Below the pieces are notes generated by a model. That model was not told where the DNA came from. It saw only the letters and a program-made list of their open reading frames with translations, and did no database searches. The position numbers and the translations under genes were made by a program. Shown piece after piece: positions 8,398 through 16,586 of a DNA stretch of 35,954 nt. Source of the DNA: an uncultured Eubacteriales bacterium (lineage in GTDB: Bacteria; Acidobacteriota; Aminicenantia; Aminicenantales; UBA8522); assembly GCA_964550915.1 (NCBI GenBank), contig CAZKBY010000002.1:1-35954 (forward strand), in the 5' to 3' direction. Within the stretch, counting starts at the first letter, position 1; each line of letters opens with the position of its first letter.

Positions 8398-8403
8398 TAT
8401 AAT
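8398..8403 (+). promoter_or_regulatory. Perfect -10 box TATAAT placed 6 nt upstream of the ATG at 8410 (leaderless-type start)
   Basis: TATAAT at 8398-8403, ttagag, then ATG at 8410. No SD. AT-rich upstream region with only a weak -35. Confidence 0.4.
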
Positions 8404-8409
8404 TTAGAG

Positions 8410-9312
8410 ATGATTCCAAAGATTTTCGGACCCAAGAATGACTTGCTCAAACATGCCTTGAGTCTTTTGGCTTCGCTGGTCATCCACGCTGTTCTGCTCT
8501 ACCTCATGGCCGCCCATTTCGTCTCAGTCAAGATCATCGACTTCAAAGAACAGGTCACCAACGTCATCATCGCGCCCCGGCCAAGGCTGGAAGCCCCGAA
8601 AATAGAAGGCCGGCTTCCGGAACTTCCCGAGCGCGAGTCCGATTTGCTCGAATTCATCCCCACCCGGAGGCGGAGAGCGAGGCCGACTGAGGGGGCATTC
8701 GAAGCGCTGACGCCAGCCGAAGAAATCCCGGCGTCCTCCCCGGCTCTTCCTCTCGACCCGAAGTTCACCTCTGGTTTCAGGCTGGACAGACAGCCCGAGG
8801 AGCAAGCTCGAATATCGGGCAACGGGTTACGCCTGACTGTCCCCGAACGCAAACAGCAAACGATCGAAACCAAGGCCAAGGCTATCTTGATCCCCAAGGC
8901 TGGCGATCTTCGGAAATATGCCTACGGCAATCCTTCGGGAGGTTCGGGAGTCTCTATCGGAATCCCTGCAGGAAGGCGATCCCGGAACAGCCCCTCTCAA
9001 AGCCGCGCAGTCCCGCCGAGCGTCCTCAAGATCGACCTTTCGCCCTGGGCCAGGACGGTCGTTGAACTGATCCAGAAAAACTGGGCTGTCCCGGAAGCCC
9101 TGGAGTCCCCGGCAGAAGCCTCGGTTGAGATAGCCGTCGTCATCCTCAAAAACGGCGCTGTGACGCTCATCGAAGTCGTTTCTTCATCAGAAGACCAAGA
9201 ATTCAACCAGGCCGCGCGTGAGGCCATCGAGACGAGCTCACCGCTGCCCCAGCTTCCCAACGATTTTCCGGCTGACAGCCTGGAGATTTCCCTCGTTTTC
9301 TTCAGACAATGA
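8410..9312 (+). CDS. TonB-like energy-transducer family protein (N-terminal TM anchor, Pro/Arg-rich linker, TonB_C-like domain)
   Basis: TM helix LLASLVIHAVLLYLMAAHF, a proline-rich middle section, and a C-terminal VEIAVVILKNGAVTLIEVVSSSEDQEFNQAAREAIETSSPLPQLP typical of the TonB C-terminal fold. No exbB/exbD nearby. Confidence 0.7.
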   Translation: MIPKIFGPKNDLLKHALSLLASLVIHAVLLYLMAAHFVSVKIIDFKEQVTNVIIAPRPRLEAPKIEGRLPELPERESDLLEFIPTRRRRARPTEGAFEALTPAEEIPASSPALPLDPKFTSGFRLDRQPEEQARISGNGLRLTVPERKQQTIETKAKAILIPKAGDLRKYAYGNPSGGSGVSIGIPAGRRSRNSPSQSRAVPPSVLKIDLSPWARTVVELIQKNWAVPEALESPAEASVEIAVVILKNGAVTLIEVVSSSEDQEFNQAAREAIETSSPLPQLPNDFPADSLEISLVFFRQ

Positions 9313-10382
9313 TCAAAACAAGCGCTCGCCTGTTCCTTGGCCTGATTCTCTTCTGCTCATGTTTTGCCTCTGACTGGCGCTTGGAGGTAGCCGCGTTTTT
9401 CGGCGATAAGACCGACTACTTGGCTGCGGCGAAGTATCTGAATCGTCAGTTGTCATCCCTCAGCGACGAAGATAAGCCGGTAGCCCTTGGCCTGCTGTCT
9501 TTTATTTACAATCGACTGGGCGACAAGGAGGGTGAATACCGATTCCTGGGGGAATATTTCGAAAAATACGGACCCCTTGATGCTGTCTACCATTTTCTGC
9601 CGCTCTCGACCCAGAATGCCATCATCTCTTACCTGCGGGACTGGATTCTCCGGTATCCCTGGGTCCTCAAGATCGGCTTCGTCGAGACGAGCGCGCCCCA
9701 AGCCAAGCCGGCCGCCCCTTCTCCGCCGGCCAAACTCGTCCTCGGCCTGGAGATGGCCAACGAAGCCTACTTCAAATTTTTCGAGGGAGAAAACGTGCTG
9801 GGCGGAGGCCAGTTCAGGAGAGGACATAACTCGGTGAGCCTTGACACCAGCAAACTCTTCCGGGAATCAGGAGCCCAAATGTATACGCTTGAGCTCAAGG
9901 CTGGAGACCTCATCGTCAGAAGGAAACTCACTGTCGTGGTCAGCCTTAGTTCCTTTGGCACTGTCAGTGACAAGAACCCTTCCGCCAAGAGTCCAGAATA
10001 CGTCCTGAAACTGTTCCTCGGCGATGACCTTCTTGCGTCCAGCCGAAAACCGCCGCCCTCAACACCGCCCATAAAGATTGACCTGCCGAAGCCGACCGGT
10101 ATTTATGACCCCTGGGGACCTGGCTATCAGAACAAGCCGGAGATTCCGAACACCTTTCCCATCCTCGGCATCCCCGCCATCATCAACGAGCTCATCAAGA
10201 GCCTGAAGAAAAAGGACGATGTAGAGCCGGTCCCTCCCGTCGAACTTAAACCTGAGCTGACTGTTCTCTTTAAAGGTAAACACGAAGGCGGCCGGGCCGT
10301 CGAGATCATCGCCCGGATAAGGCTTGATCAAAAGGAAATCAACTTTTATCCCTATTCCCGTTTGACGATACTCCAGAAATAG
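9309..10382 (+). CDS. Secreted hypothetical protein, 4-nt overlap with the TonB-like gene
   Basis: Signal peptide MIKTSARLFLGLILFCSCFA. The N-terminal helical part looks TPR-like; a Pro-rich segment follows (KPPPSTPPIKIDLPKP). ATGA start/stop overlap at 9309-9312. Confidence 0.65.
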   Translation: MIKTSARLFLGLILFCSCFASDWRLEVAAFFGDKTDYLAAAKYLNRQLSSLSDEDKPVALGLLSFIYNRLGDKEGEYRFLGEYFEKYGPLDAVYHFLPLSTQNAIISYLRDWILRYPWVLKIGFVETSAPQAKPAAPSPPAKLVLGLEMANEAYFKFFEGENVLGGGQFRRGHNSVSLDTSKLFRESGAQMYTLELKAGDLIVRRKLTVVVSLSSFGTVSDKNPSAKSPEYVLKLFLGDDLLASSRKPPPSTPPIKIDLPKPTGIYDPWGPGYQNKPEIPNTFPILGIPAIINELIKSLKKKDDVEPVPPVELKPELTVLFKGKHEGGRAVEIIARIRLDQKEINFYPYSRLTILQK

Positions 10383-10408
10383 AGAGGCTATCCGGAGCAA
10401 TCCGGCCC

Positions 10409-10437
10409 TTGACAGAAAAACCGCGTTTGTTTACCAT
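10409..10437 (+). promoter_or_regulatory. Candidate sigma70 promoter for the small lipoprotein gene
   Basis: TTGACA (10409-10414), 17 nt, TACCAT (10432-10437). Confidence 0.45.
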
Positions 10438-10466
10438 CATCCTCCTTGAGATAGAGGAGGTTCGCC

Positions 10467-10796
10467 ATGATGGTTAGGAAAGGATTCATTCTCGCTGTAA
10501 TCCTGGTCTTTCTTTCACTTCTGCCAGCCTGCGACCTTTTTCAGGAGGAATGCGAAAAGAACAACACTGGGACGTTCTATGTGGAAAACGCGTCCGAATC
10601 TGGCAGGGCTTACAAGATCCTAATCGACGGCATTAATTATGGCATTGTCGGCGCTGGAGACACCAAGGAATGGACGCTGGCTGCCGGCCCTCACGTCGTC
10701 CAGATCCTTTTTGCCGATACTGACACGACTGCTTGCTCAACGTCTGTCGCGACAGTCATTAAATGCAAGAGGACCGGGCTGATATGCGACGCTTAA
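10467..10796 (+). CDS. Small lipoprotein (109 aa)
   Basis: Signal peptide with lipobox LLPAC. RBS GGAGG 6 nt upstream. Cys-containing mature part. Confidence 0.7.
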   Translation: MMVRKGFILAVILVFLSLLPACDLFQEECEKNNTGTFYVENASESGRAYKILIDGINYGIVGAGDTKEWTLAAGPHVVQILFADTDTTACSTSVATVIKCKRTGLICDA

Positions 10797-10906
10797 CAGT
10801 TTAGCGAGGCTCTTTTCGTTAATCTTTCGCGAAATTTCTCTTTTTCCGTATCGACGCTGCCATCTGACCATCACCTAAAAGTGCCATTGGCGCAGCGGCG
10901 GTCGAT

Positions 10907-10935
10907 TTGACGACGCTTATCAATTTTCCTATGAT
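10907..10935 (+). promoter_or_regulatory. Candidate sigma70 promoter for the GT-C glycosyltransferase gene
   Basis: TTGACG (10907-10912), 17 nt, TATGAT (10930-10935). The TTG start at 10954 has no SD. Confidence 0.45.
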
Positions 10936-10953
10936 AGGGCCGCGTTCCGAAAA

Positions 10954-12609
10954 TTGAAAGAGAGATTCCCTCCCGCTCGCTCGATCGCCATCCTTCTCTT
11001 CATCCTGACGCTGGCGGCCGCCCTTCGCCTCCAGCACCTCAAAGCCGATCCTCCCCCGCTCCTCGTCCATCTCAGCCGGAGCGCCGGCATCTATTTCGAT
11101 GAAGCGATGTACTGCCATAATGCCCGGAACAAGATTCTCTTTGGCACATGGATGTTGGACGATTGGAACCCCATCCTCTACAACGCCGTCCTGACGGGGA
11201 TCTATTATGTCGGGTTTAAAATCTTCGGGATAAGCATCGTCACCGTCAAAGTGACGAATATTCTCTTCGGCCTGTTAGGCATCGTCTTTGTCTATTTGGC
11301 CATTCGCCGCTACCTTTCCGAATCCTATGCCCTCGGCCTGAGCTTTCTCTTCTCTTTTGACTTTTACTGGACAATGTACAACCGGATCGGCCTGCTCGAG
11401 AATTTCTCGACGCTTTTTTTCATCATCAGCTTTTATTTTATCGCAAGATCGAAAGAAAAGGGCGGCAATCTCATCCTTGTCGGCGTTTCTGTGGCCATGG
11501 CCGTTCTTTCCAAGTATCTGTTCTTCTACTTTTTCCCGGCCGCGCTTCTTGCCGTGCTCTACCATTCCTGGAGTCAGAGACGCTGGCGCCCCGCTGTCCA
11601 ATTTTTAGCGGGTTTCATTTCAGTCCTCTTAGTGTGGTTTCTTTCCATCTACCTCCCGCTTTCTTCGGCCTTCAGGAAAATCGGGTCTGGCTGGATGGAC
11701 CTTTCCTGGCCCGAGAATATAGGCATCTTCTTTTATAACCTCTACCGCAATAACCTGTCTCGCTACATGAGCCTCATCCCCTTCTTTTTTATCGCCGGGC
11801 TCCTTTTCTCGGCCATGGTCATTGTCAGGCTGTGGAAGAAAAATCCTCCGCCGGATGTTCTCGAGGTGTTTGTTTTCCTGTGGCTCACAGGAACGTCTTT
11901 CCAGATGGCCATTCTTAATTACCAGCCCCTGCGCTATTACCTCGTCATCGTGCCAGGGCTTATTCTTGCCCTATCGCTAACCGTAAAGAGTAGAGACTGG
12001 CTGAAGGCCAATGCCAAGCCTGTTGCCTTTATTTTTATTTTCCTCGGAGTCCTCTTCTACAAGTTCTGGATCGGCCTGGTCAGGCCGCCATCAGCCTTCT
12101 TCGCTTTCAATCACATCGCTCTCCGGATGTTCCTCTATCTAACTTTGGCCATGATATTTGTTTTGTGGCTGAGGAAGACCCGCCGGCTGGAAAAAGCAGC
12201 CTGCCTTTATATCCTCGTCTCCCTTGCCCTTGCCTCCCTGTTTGTTTACTATTTTCAATTTTACAGGCAGCCCACTTACCAGGTTGAGTCGGCCGCCCGG
12301 CGGCTTCGTCTTCTGCCGCCCGGATCGGTGATTATGGGAAATGAGGCTCCCCGGCTGGCTCTGGAAACGCAGTTCAGGTTTTTTGTTTCCTTCCCCGGCT
12401 GGTTTAACGATAAAGATCCCTTCACCCAATATCGGCCCACTCACCTCCTCGTCCTCGATAAGTTCTGGGGAGGTGAGCTCGCCTGGATTCAGAGGCGATT
12501 TCCGGATATCGCGGCCAACCTCAGATTGCACCGGCGGTTCCCCGTCTGGGATACGACCGTCTCTCTTTACAAAGTCAATTATCCCGATAAATCGCCAGGC
12601 TCTCCTTAG
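10954..12609 (+). CDS. Polytopic GT-C fold glycosyltransferase (ArnT / PMT_2, GT39/GT83-like)
   Basis: 551 aa with more than 10 predicted TM segments. The acidic first-loop motif IYFDEAMYCHNARN follows TM1, as in ArnT/PMT enzymes. C-terminal soluble domain. TTG start as listed in the track. Confidence 0.8.
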   Translation: MKERFPPARSIAILLFILTLAAALRLQHLKADPPPLLVHLSRSAGIYFDEAMYCHNARNKILFGTWMLDDWNPILYNAVLTGIYYVGFKIFGISIVTVKVTNILFGLLGIVFVYLAIRRYLSESYALGLSFLFSFDFYWTMYNRIGLLENFSTLFFIISFYFIARSKEKGGNLILVGVSVAMAVLSKYLFFYFFPAALLAVLYHSWSQRRWRPAVQFLAGFISVLLVWFLSIYLPLSSAFRKIGSGWMDLSWPENIGIFFYNLYRNNLSRYMSLIPFFFIAGLLFSAMVIVRLWKKNPPPDVLEVFVFLWLTGTSFQMAILNYQPLRYYLVIVPGLILALSLTVKSRDWLKANAKPVAFIFIFLGVLFYKFWIGLVRPPSAFFAFNHIALRMFLYLTLAMIFVLWLRKTRRLEKAACLYILVSLALASLFVYYFQFYRQPTYQVESAARRLRLLPPGSVIMGNEAPRLALETQFRFFVSFPGWFNDKDPFTQYRPTHLLVLDKFWGGELAWIQRRFPDIAANLRLHRRFPVWDTTVSLYKVNYPDKSPGSP

Positions 12610-12676
12610 CCAGCAGTTTCCGATGCGCCCATCACACAATAGCATTTAGGAAATGCTCCCTGCCGGTGCTATTCTC

Positions 12677-12706
12677 TTGACAGCGCCGCTTGAGTTTTTT
12701 CATACT
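12677..12706 (+). promoter_or_regulatory. Candidate promoter giving a leaderless start at ATG 12714
   Basis: TTGACA (12677-12682), 18 nt, CATACT (12701-12706). ATG 12714 lies 7 nt downstream of the -10. No SD before any candidate start. Confidence 0.35.
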
Positions 12707-12713
12707 CATGGCA

Positions 12714-15092
12714 ATGAACAAGCTCCAGAGCCGCCTGGCTGTCATAGGCTTTCTTGTTTTTTCCTTTGGATTCGCCCTCTTCGTGAGCCTTTATCTCCAG
12801 AGCCGCCGCTTCACCATCCTTGATCATGGCTTCCAGTTTGACGTCTTCCTTTTTTTGCTCTGGGTCAGTGCTTCAGCTCTCCTTCTTTCAGTTTGGATTT
12901 TTCTGGCGCGATGGGAAGCAAGGCGGTTCTCCCTCCCTTTGGCTTCGCGGCTTTGGGCAGGATTCTTGACCTCGTTTCCCCTGGCCTTTCTCCTCCTCTC
13001 TCCCTGGCTTCTCCGTTTCTACACGACCCGGGACGACCTCAGAATCAGGCTCCGTCTCCTAGCCCTCTTCGTTCTTTCCGCTGTCATGTTCTCCAAGCTG
13101 TGGAGTTATGCCCGCCTCGAGAGAAAAAAGCCCTCCTTGCTTGATCGCGCAATGGCAAGATTCCAGGCCTTTTCCCATCGCCGGAAACTCGTCCTTCTTT
13201 TCATCACCGCCTTCCTCATTTATCAAGCCGCCGCCGGCCTTCTCGTCGTCCAGGGGACATCTTTCACGGGCGACGAACCATTTTACCTACTAACCACCCA
13301 CAGTCTCCTCAAAGATGGAGACATCAACCTGGCCAACAACTACGCCCAAAAGGACTATTTTGCTTTCTACTCGAAGAAAGACAATCCTCGCCTCAGGCTG
13401 GGAATCTATGGCCGCTTCGGCCGCAAGGGGAGAGACTATATTTATCCCATCAATCTCCCAGGAATTTCCGTGTTGATGCTTCCCTTCTACTGGCTGAGCC
13501 AGTTCTTTTCCGGCCGCTGGCTCACCTTTATCCTTAAGGCGAGCCTCTCTCCCTGGGCGGCGCTCTTAGGTGTCCAGCTCTATCTTTATGCCAAAGAGCT
13601 CTGGAAAAAAGAGAAAGTTGCCTTCGGCCTCTGGGCACTCTTTTCCTTCACTTCCCCCATCGTTTTCTATGCAGTCCATCTTTACCCCGAGGTTCCCGTA
13701 GCGCTTTTTTCCCTCTATATTTTCCGAAAAGTCACGACCTCCATGATCTTGCTAGCGCGTCAAGTTCTCTTTCTCGGATTTGTCCTCGGCCTTTTTCCGT
13801 GGTTCGGGCTCAAGTACAACTTCGTCTTCTGGCCGCTCCTGGCGGTCTCAGTGTATTTCCTTCTCAAAGAGCATAGGGCCAAGATCAAGGTGCTTGTCGC
13901 TTTTCTGGCCTTCCCTCTGGCCTCCACCCTCCTCTTTTACTTTTTCGTTTATAACTTGTATGGCACCCTCTCGCCCGTAGCCGTCTATGAAGGCATCATG
14001 ACACCGGAGCAGGTGGAGGCATTTAAGCAGACGGTCCTGGCCATTCCTCTGCAGGCGAGGATCGACGCTTTCCTGGATTACTTCCTCGACCAGCGCGACG
14101 GTCTTCTCCTCTATTCTCCCCTCTACGCGTTTGCCTTTCTCGGCTTAGTCGAAATCTTCCGCCGACGCAGGCGGGATTTCTGGTCGTTTCTTCTCATCGG
14201 CCTTCCTTTTCTTCTCAACTACGCCTTCTTTACCCACCGCCAGGGCGCCTCTCCCCAGGGCCGGGTCCTGACGCCCCTGTCCTGGATGGCGGCTGTGGCG
14301 CTCGGATATTTCTTCGTCCACAACCGCAGCAAGATTTTTTCCTTCCTCTTTGGGTTCGCCACCGCTACTGCCTACGCTGTCGCCGGCCTGCTTCTCGCTC
14401 AACCCGATTTTCTTTACCAGCCAACCACTCATGAATACACCTCCCGGCCGGCCGATCTCTTCATCCATCTCAGCAACATGCATTTTTTTCTCCCCCCTTT
14501 CCTTCCCTCATTCATCAAAGTGGACAACACCCGCTACTGGCCAAATTATGTCTGGATTCTGGCCATCGTCGTCTTTGTCCTGTTGTATCTATTCCCTTGC
14601 CGTGAAAAAGCCTGGCTGCGCTTGCTTCCACCAGCTCTTGTCTTCCTCGGCCTCACGGCCAGCTTTTTCCTCTGGGTGCTTTATCCCCGGCCGCCTCTCT
14701 ATCCGGCCAAGACAATCCGCTATTCTTCCCAAAAAGCTCTGGGATTCTACCTTTTTCCGATCGGAAAAGCGGTTGTTTCAGGAGAAAACGGCGATTTCTA
14801 CCTACATGCTGAAAGAACCTACAAATTTATCTTCGGCTCCAGGACAAGGCTGGATAGAGCGCGGTTTGTCTTCGGGTCTGACAAAGGCGATTACAGTGTC
14901 CGTCTGGCGCTATTCGACCTTCCCTTCTTCGACGGGAAAACAGCCTTTAAGACGAGAGAAGTCCTCGTCGAGCCCGTCGCAGCTTACTCTTTTAAGAACC
15001 TCTATCTCTATGAGATCAGCCTCAGCCTCAACCATCATTCCTCAGAATCCATGCTCCTCGACCCCTATCTTTTCCAAGTCATTCCCCGGTGA
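12714..15092 (+). CDS. Large polytopic membrane protein, second GT-C-like glycosyltransferase candidate
   Basis: The ORF is open from TTG 12690, with ATGs at 12708 and 12714. Many TM segments. First-loop acidic motif FTGDEPFYLLTTHSLLKDGDINLANNY. C-terminal ~200-aa soluble domain. The stop lies inside direct repeat copy 1. Confidence 0.75.
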   Translation: MNKLQSRLAVIGFLVFSFGFALFVSLYLQSRRFTILDHGFQFDVFLFLLWVSASALLLSVWIFLARWEARRFSLPLASRLWAGFLTSFPLAFLLLSPWLLRFYTTRDDLRIRLRLLALFVLSAVMFSKLWSYARLERKKPSLLDRAMARFQAFSHRRKLVLLFITAFLIYQAAAGLLVVQGTSFTGDEPFYLLTTHSLLKDGDINLANNYAQKDYFAFYSKKDNPRLRLGIYGRFGRKGRDYIYPINLPGISVLMLPFYWLSQFFSGRWLTFILKASLSPWAALLGVQLYLYAKELWKKEKVAFGLWALFSFTSPIVFYAVHLYPEVPVALFSLYIFRKVTTSMILLARQVLFLGFVLGLFPWFGLKYNFVFWPLLAVSVYFLLKEHRAKIKVLVAFLAFPLASTLLFYFFVYNLYGTLSPVAVYEGIMTPEQVEAFKQTVLAIPLQARIDAFLDYFLDQRDGLLLYSPLYAFAFLGLVEIFRRRRRDFWSFLLIGLPFLLNYAFFTHRQGASPQGRVLTPLSWMAAVALGYFFVHNRSKIFSFLFGFATATAYAVAGLLLAQPDFLYQPTTHEYTSRPADLFIHLSNMHFFLPPFLPSFIKVDNTRYWPNYVWILAIVVFVLLYLFPCREKAWLRLLPPALVFLGLTASFFLWVLYPRPPLYPAKTIRYSSQKALGFYLFPIGKAVVSGENGDFYLHAERTYKFIFGSRTRLDRARFVFGSDKGDYSVRLALFDLPFFDGKTAFKTREVLVEPVAAYSFKNLYLYEISLSLNHHSSESMLLDPYLFQVIPR
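15065..15090. repeat. Direct repeat copy 1 (CTATCTTTTCCAAGTCATTCCCCGGT)
   Basis: 25/26 identical to 16561-16586. Encodes ...YLFQVIPR of the membrane protein; its TGA follows at 15090-15092. Confidence 0.9.
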
Positions 15093-15118
15093 GGCTAAGA
15101 CGCCGGGTGTTACTTCAT

Positions 15119-15202
15119 TCCTTCGACCGATTCATCTCCGATTACCAGAGCAGCTTTGAGAAGGAGTACGACATCTTCAGTCCGATCGTCAAGGAGGTGG
15201 TC
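15119..15202 (+). pseudogene. Short remnant resembling the N-terminus of an IS91-family (Y2, zinc-binding domain) transposase
   Basis: SFDRFISDYQSSFEKEYDIFSPIVKEVV fits the pattern W/F..F...Y...FE..YG.FRP.V.EVV..yLdCG that I recall preceding the Cys cluster in these transposases. Similarity ends before the Cys cluster and AT-rich non-coding-looking sequence follows. From memory only, not searched. Confidence 0.35.
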
Positions 15203-15292
15203 ATTCGCATCATCAACCACCTCAAACTCAAAAATGAGCTTGCGTTTTCGCCTAAATATCTTGGCAAAATTATCTATGAAGACAAATTTGCC

Positions 15293-15320
15293 TTGACTTT
15301 TTTTTCTTATCAGATAAAAT
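15293..15320 (+). promoter_or_regulatory. Strong candidate promoter giving a leaderless ATPase mRNA
   Basis: TTGACT (15293-15298), 16 nt, TAAAAT (15315-15320). ATG 15327 is 6 nt after the -10. No SD. Confidence 0.5.
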
Positions 15321-15326
15321 GGTCAT

Positions 15327-16547
15327 ATGATTGATCGTCATCTCGAGAAGATTTGTTCCGATCCCAAAATCGGCCGCCAGATGATCCTGATTGCCGGACC
15401 GAGACAGGCCGGCAAGACCACACTCGCCCGTCACATCCTGTCCAAGAATGATTCCCGGCCTCTCTATTATAACTGGGATTTAAGGGAAATCCGGGACGCC
15501 TATCGCTCAGACCCATCTTTCTTCGAAAGCACCATGCGTGACGTCAAGTTGAAGGGTCATTTCCCCTGGGTCTGTTTTGATGAGATCCACAAGATGCCGA
15601 AATGGAAGAACATCCTCAAGGGCATCTATGACAAATTTGAAAAAGAATGCCGCTTCATCATCACCGGCAGCGCCCGGCTCGAGTGGCTTCGAAGGGCCGG
15701 GGATTCTCTGGCGGGTCGTTACTTTCTTTTCCACCTGAACCCCTTGTCGCTTTCCGAGGCGGCTGGAAGACCGCATTTAGAGCCGAGGCCGGATGAGTCC
15801 GCTTGGGAATTCATCGAGCGGAAACTGGACACCGGCCGCCCGGAACAGGTTCTATTGGAACAGCTACTCACGTACAGCGGATTCCCCGAGCCGTTTCTCA
15901 AGGCGAATGAGGCGTTTTATCGTCGCTGGCAAAGGGAAATGGTAGACGCTCTCACGAGGGAAGACGTCCGCGACCTGACCCGAATCCTGGCCGTCGAGCA
16001 CGTCGCGACGTTGATGCAGCTCATGCCGGAGAGAGTCGGCTCACCCCTTTCCTTGAATGCTCTCAAGGAAGACGTCGAGACGAGCTATACGGCGGTCAGG
16101 AACGCGGTTCGGGCCTTGGAACTCACCTACGCCGTCTTCCTGCTGTCACCCTTCAGTCATAAAATTGCCCGCGCCGTCAAGAAAGAGAAGAAGGGCTATT
16201 TCTACGATTGGGGCCGCTGCCGCGATTTAGCCAAGTGTTTTGAGAACTACATCGCGGTCGAGCTCAAAATCATGATTGATCTCTGGCACGACAAGGGGAT
16301 CGGCGACTTCGACCTGATGTATGTGCGGACCAAGGACGGCAAGGAAACCGACTTCCTGATCATGCGCGACCGAAAACCCTGGTGCCTGTTCGAGGCCAAG
16401 CTTCAGGACGAAGAGATTGCCCGCCATCATATCGACCAGGCAAGGGTGCTGGGGAACGTGCCTTATGTCCAGCTCGCGCGGGTGGCGAATGTTTACAAGA
16501 TAACTGCCCCCGGCTTCATCCGCGTATCGGCCAGCCGTTTCTTTTAG
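15327..16547 (+). CDS. AAA+ ATPase of the AAA_14/DUF4143 type with a C-terminal PD-(D/E)xK-like module
   Basis: Walker A IAGPRQAGKTTLA and Walker B VCFDEIHK. The C-terminal KETDFLIMRDRKPWCLFEAKL has a D...E-x-K nuclease-fold signature. Confidence 0.85.
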   Translation: MIDRHLEKICSDPKIGRQMILIAGPRQAGKTTLARHILSKNDSRPLYYNWDLREIRDAYRSDPSFFESTMRDVKLKGHFPWVCFDEIHKMPKWKNILKGIYDKFEKECRFIITGSARLEWLRRAGDSLAGRYFLFHLNPLSLSEAAGRPHLEPRPDESAWEFIERKLDTGRPEQVLLEQLLTYSGFPEPFLKANEAFYRRWQREMVDALTREDVRDLTRILAVEHVATLMQLMPERVGSPLSLNALKEDVETSYTAVRNAVRALELTYAVFLLSPFSHKIARAVKKEKKGYFYDWGRCRDLAKCFENYIAVELKIMIDLWHDKGIGDFDLMYVRTKDGKETDFLIMRDRKPWCLFEAKLQDEEIARHHIDQARVLGNVPYVQLARVANVYKITAPGFIRVSASRFF

Positions 16548-16560
16548 ATTGATAAAGATT

Positions 16561-16586
16561 CTATCTTTTCCAGGTCATTCCCCGGT
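16561..16586. repeat. Direct repeat copy 2 (CTATCTTTTCCAGGTCATTCCCCGGT)
   Basis: Contains the tsaD stop (16575-16577, - strand). On the + strand it still reads YLFQVIPR followed by TAG. Confidence 0.9.

Larger units (their letters stand above)
15065..16586. mobile_element. Inserted 1.5-kb unit bounded by the 26-nt direct repeats; decayed integrative or mobile element carrying an ATPase gene
   Basis: Repeat spacing is 1,496 bp. The interior holds an IS91-like transposase N-terminal scrap, a private promoter and the AAA_14/DUF4143 gene. Both flanking genes keep intact 3' ends supplied by the two repeat copies. Confidence 0.6.
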
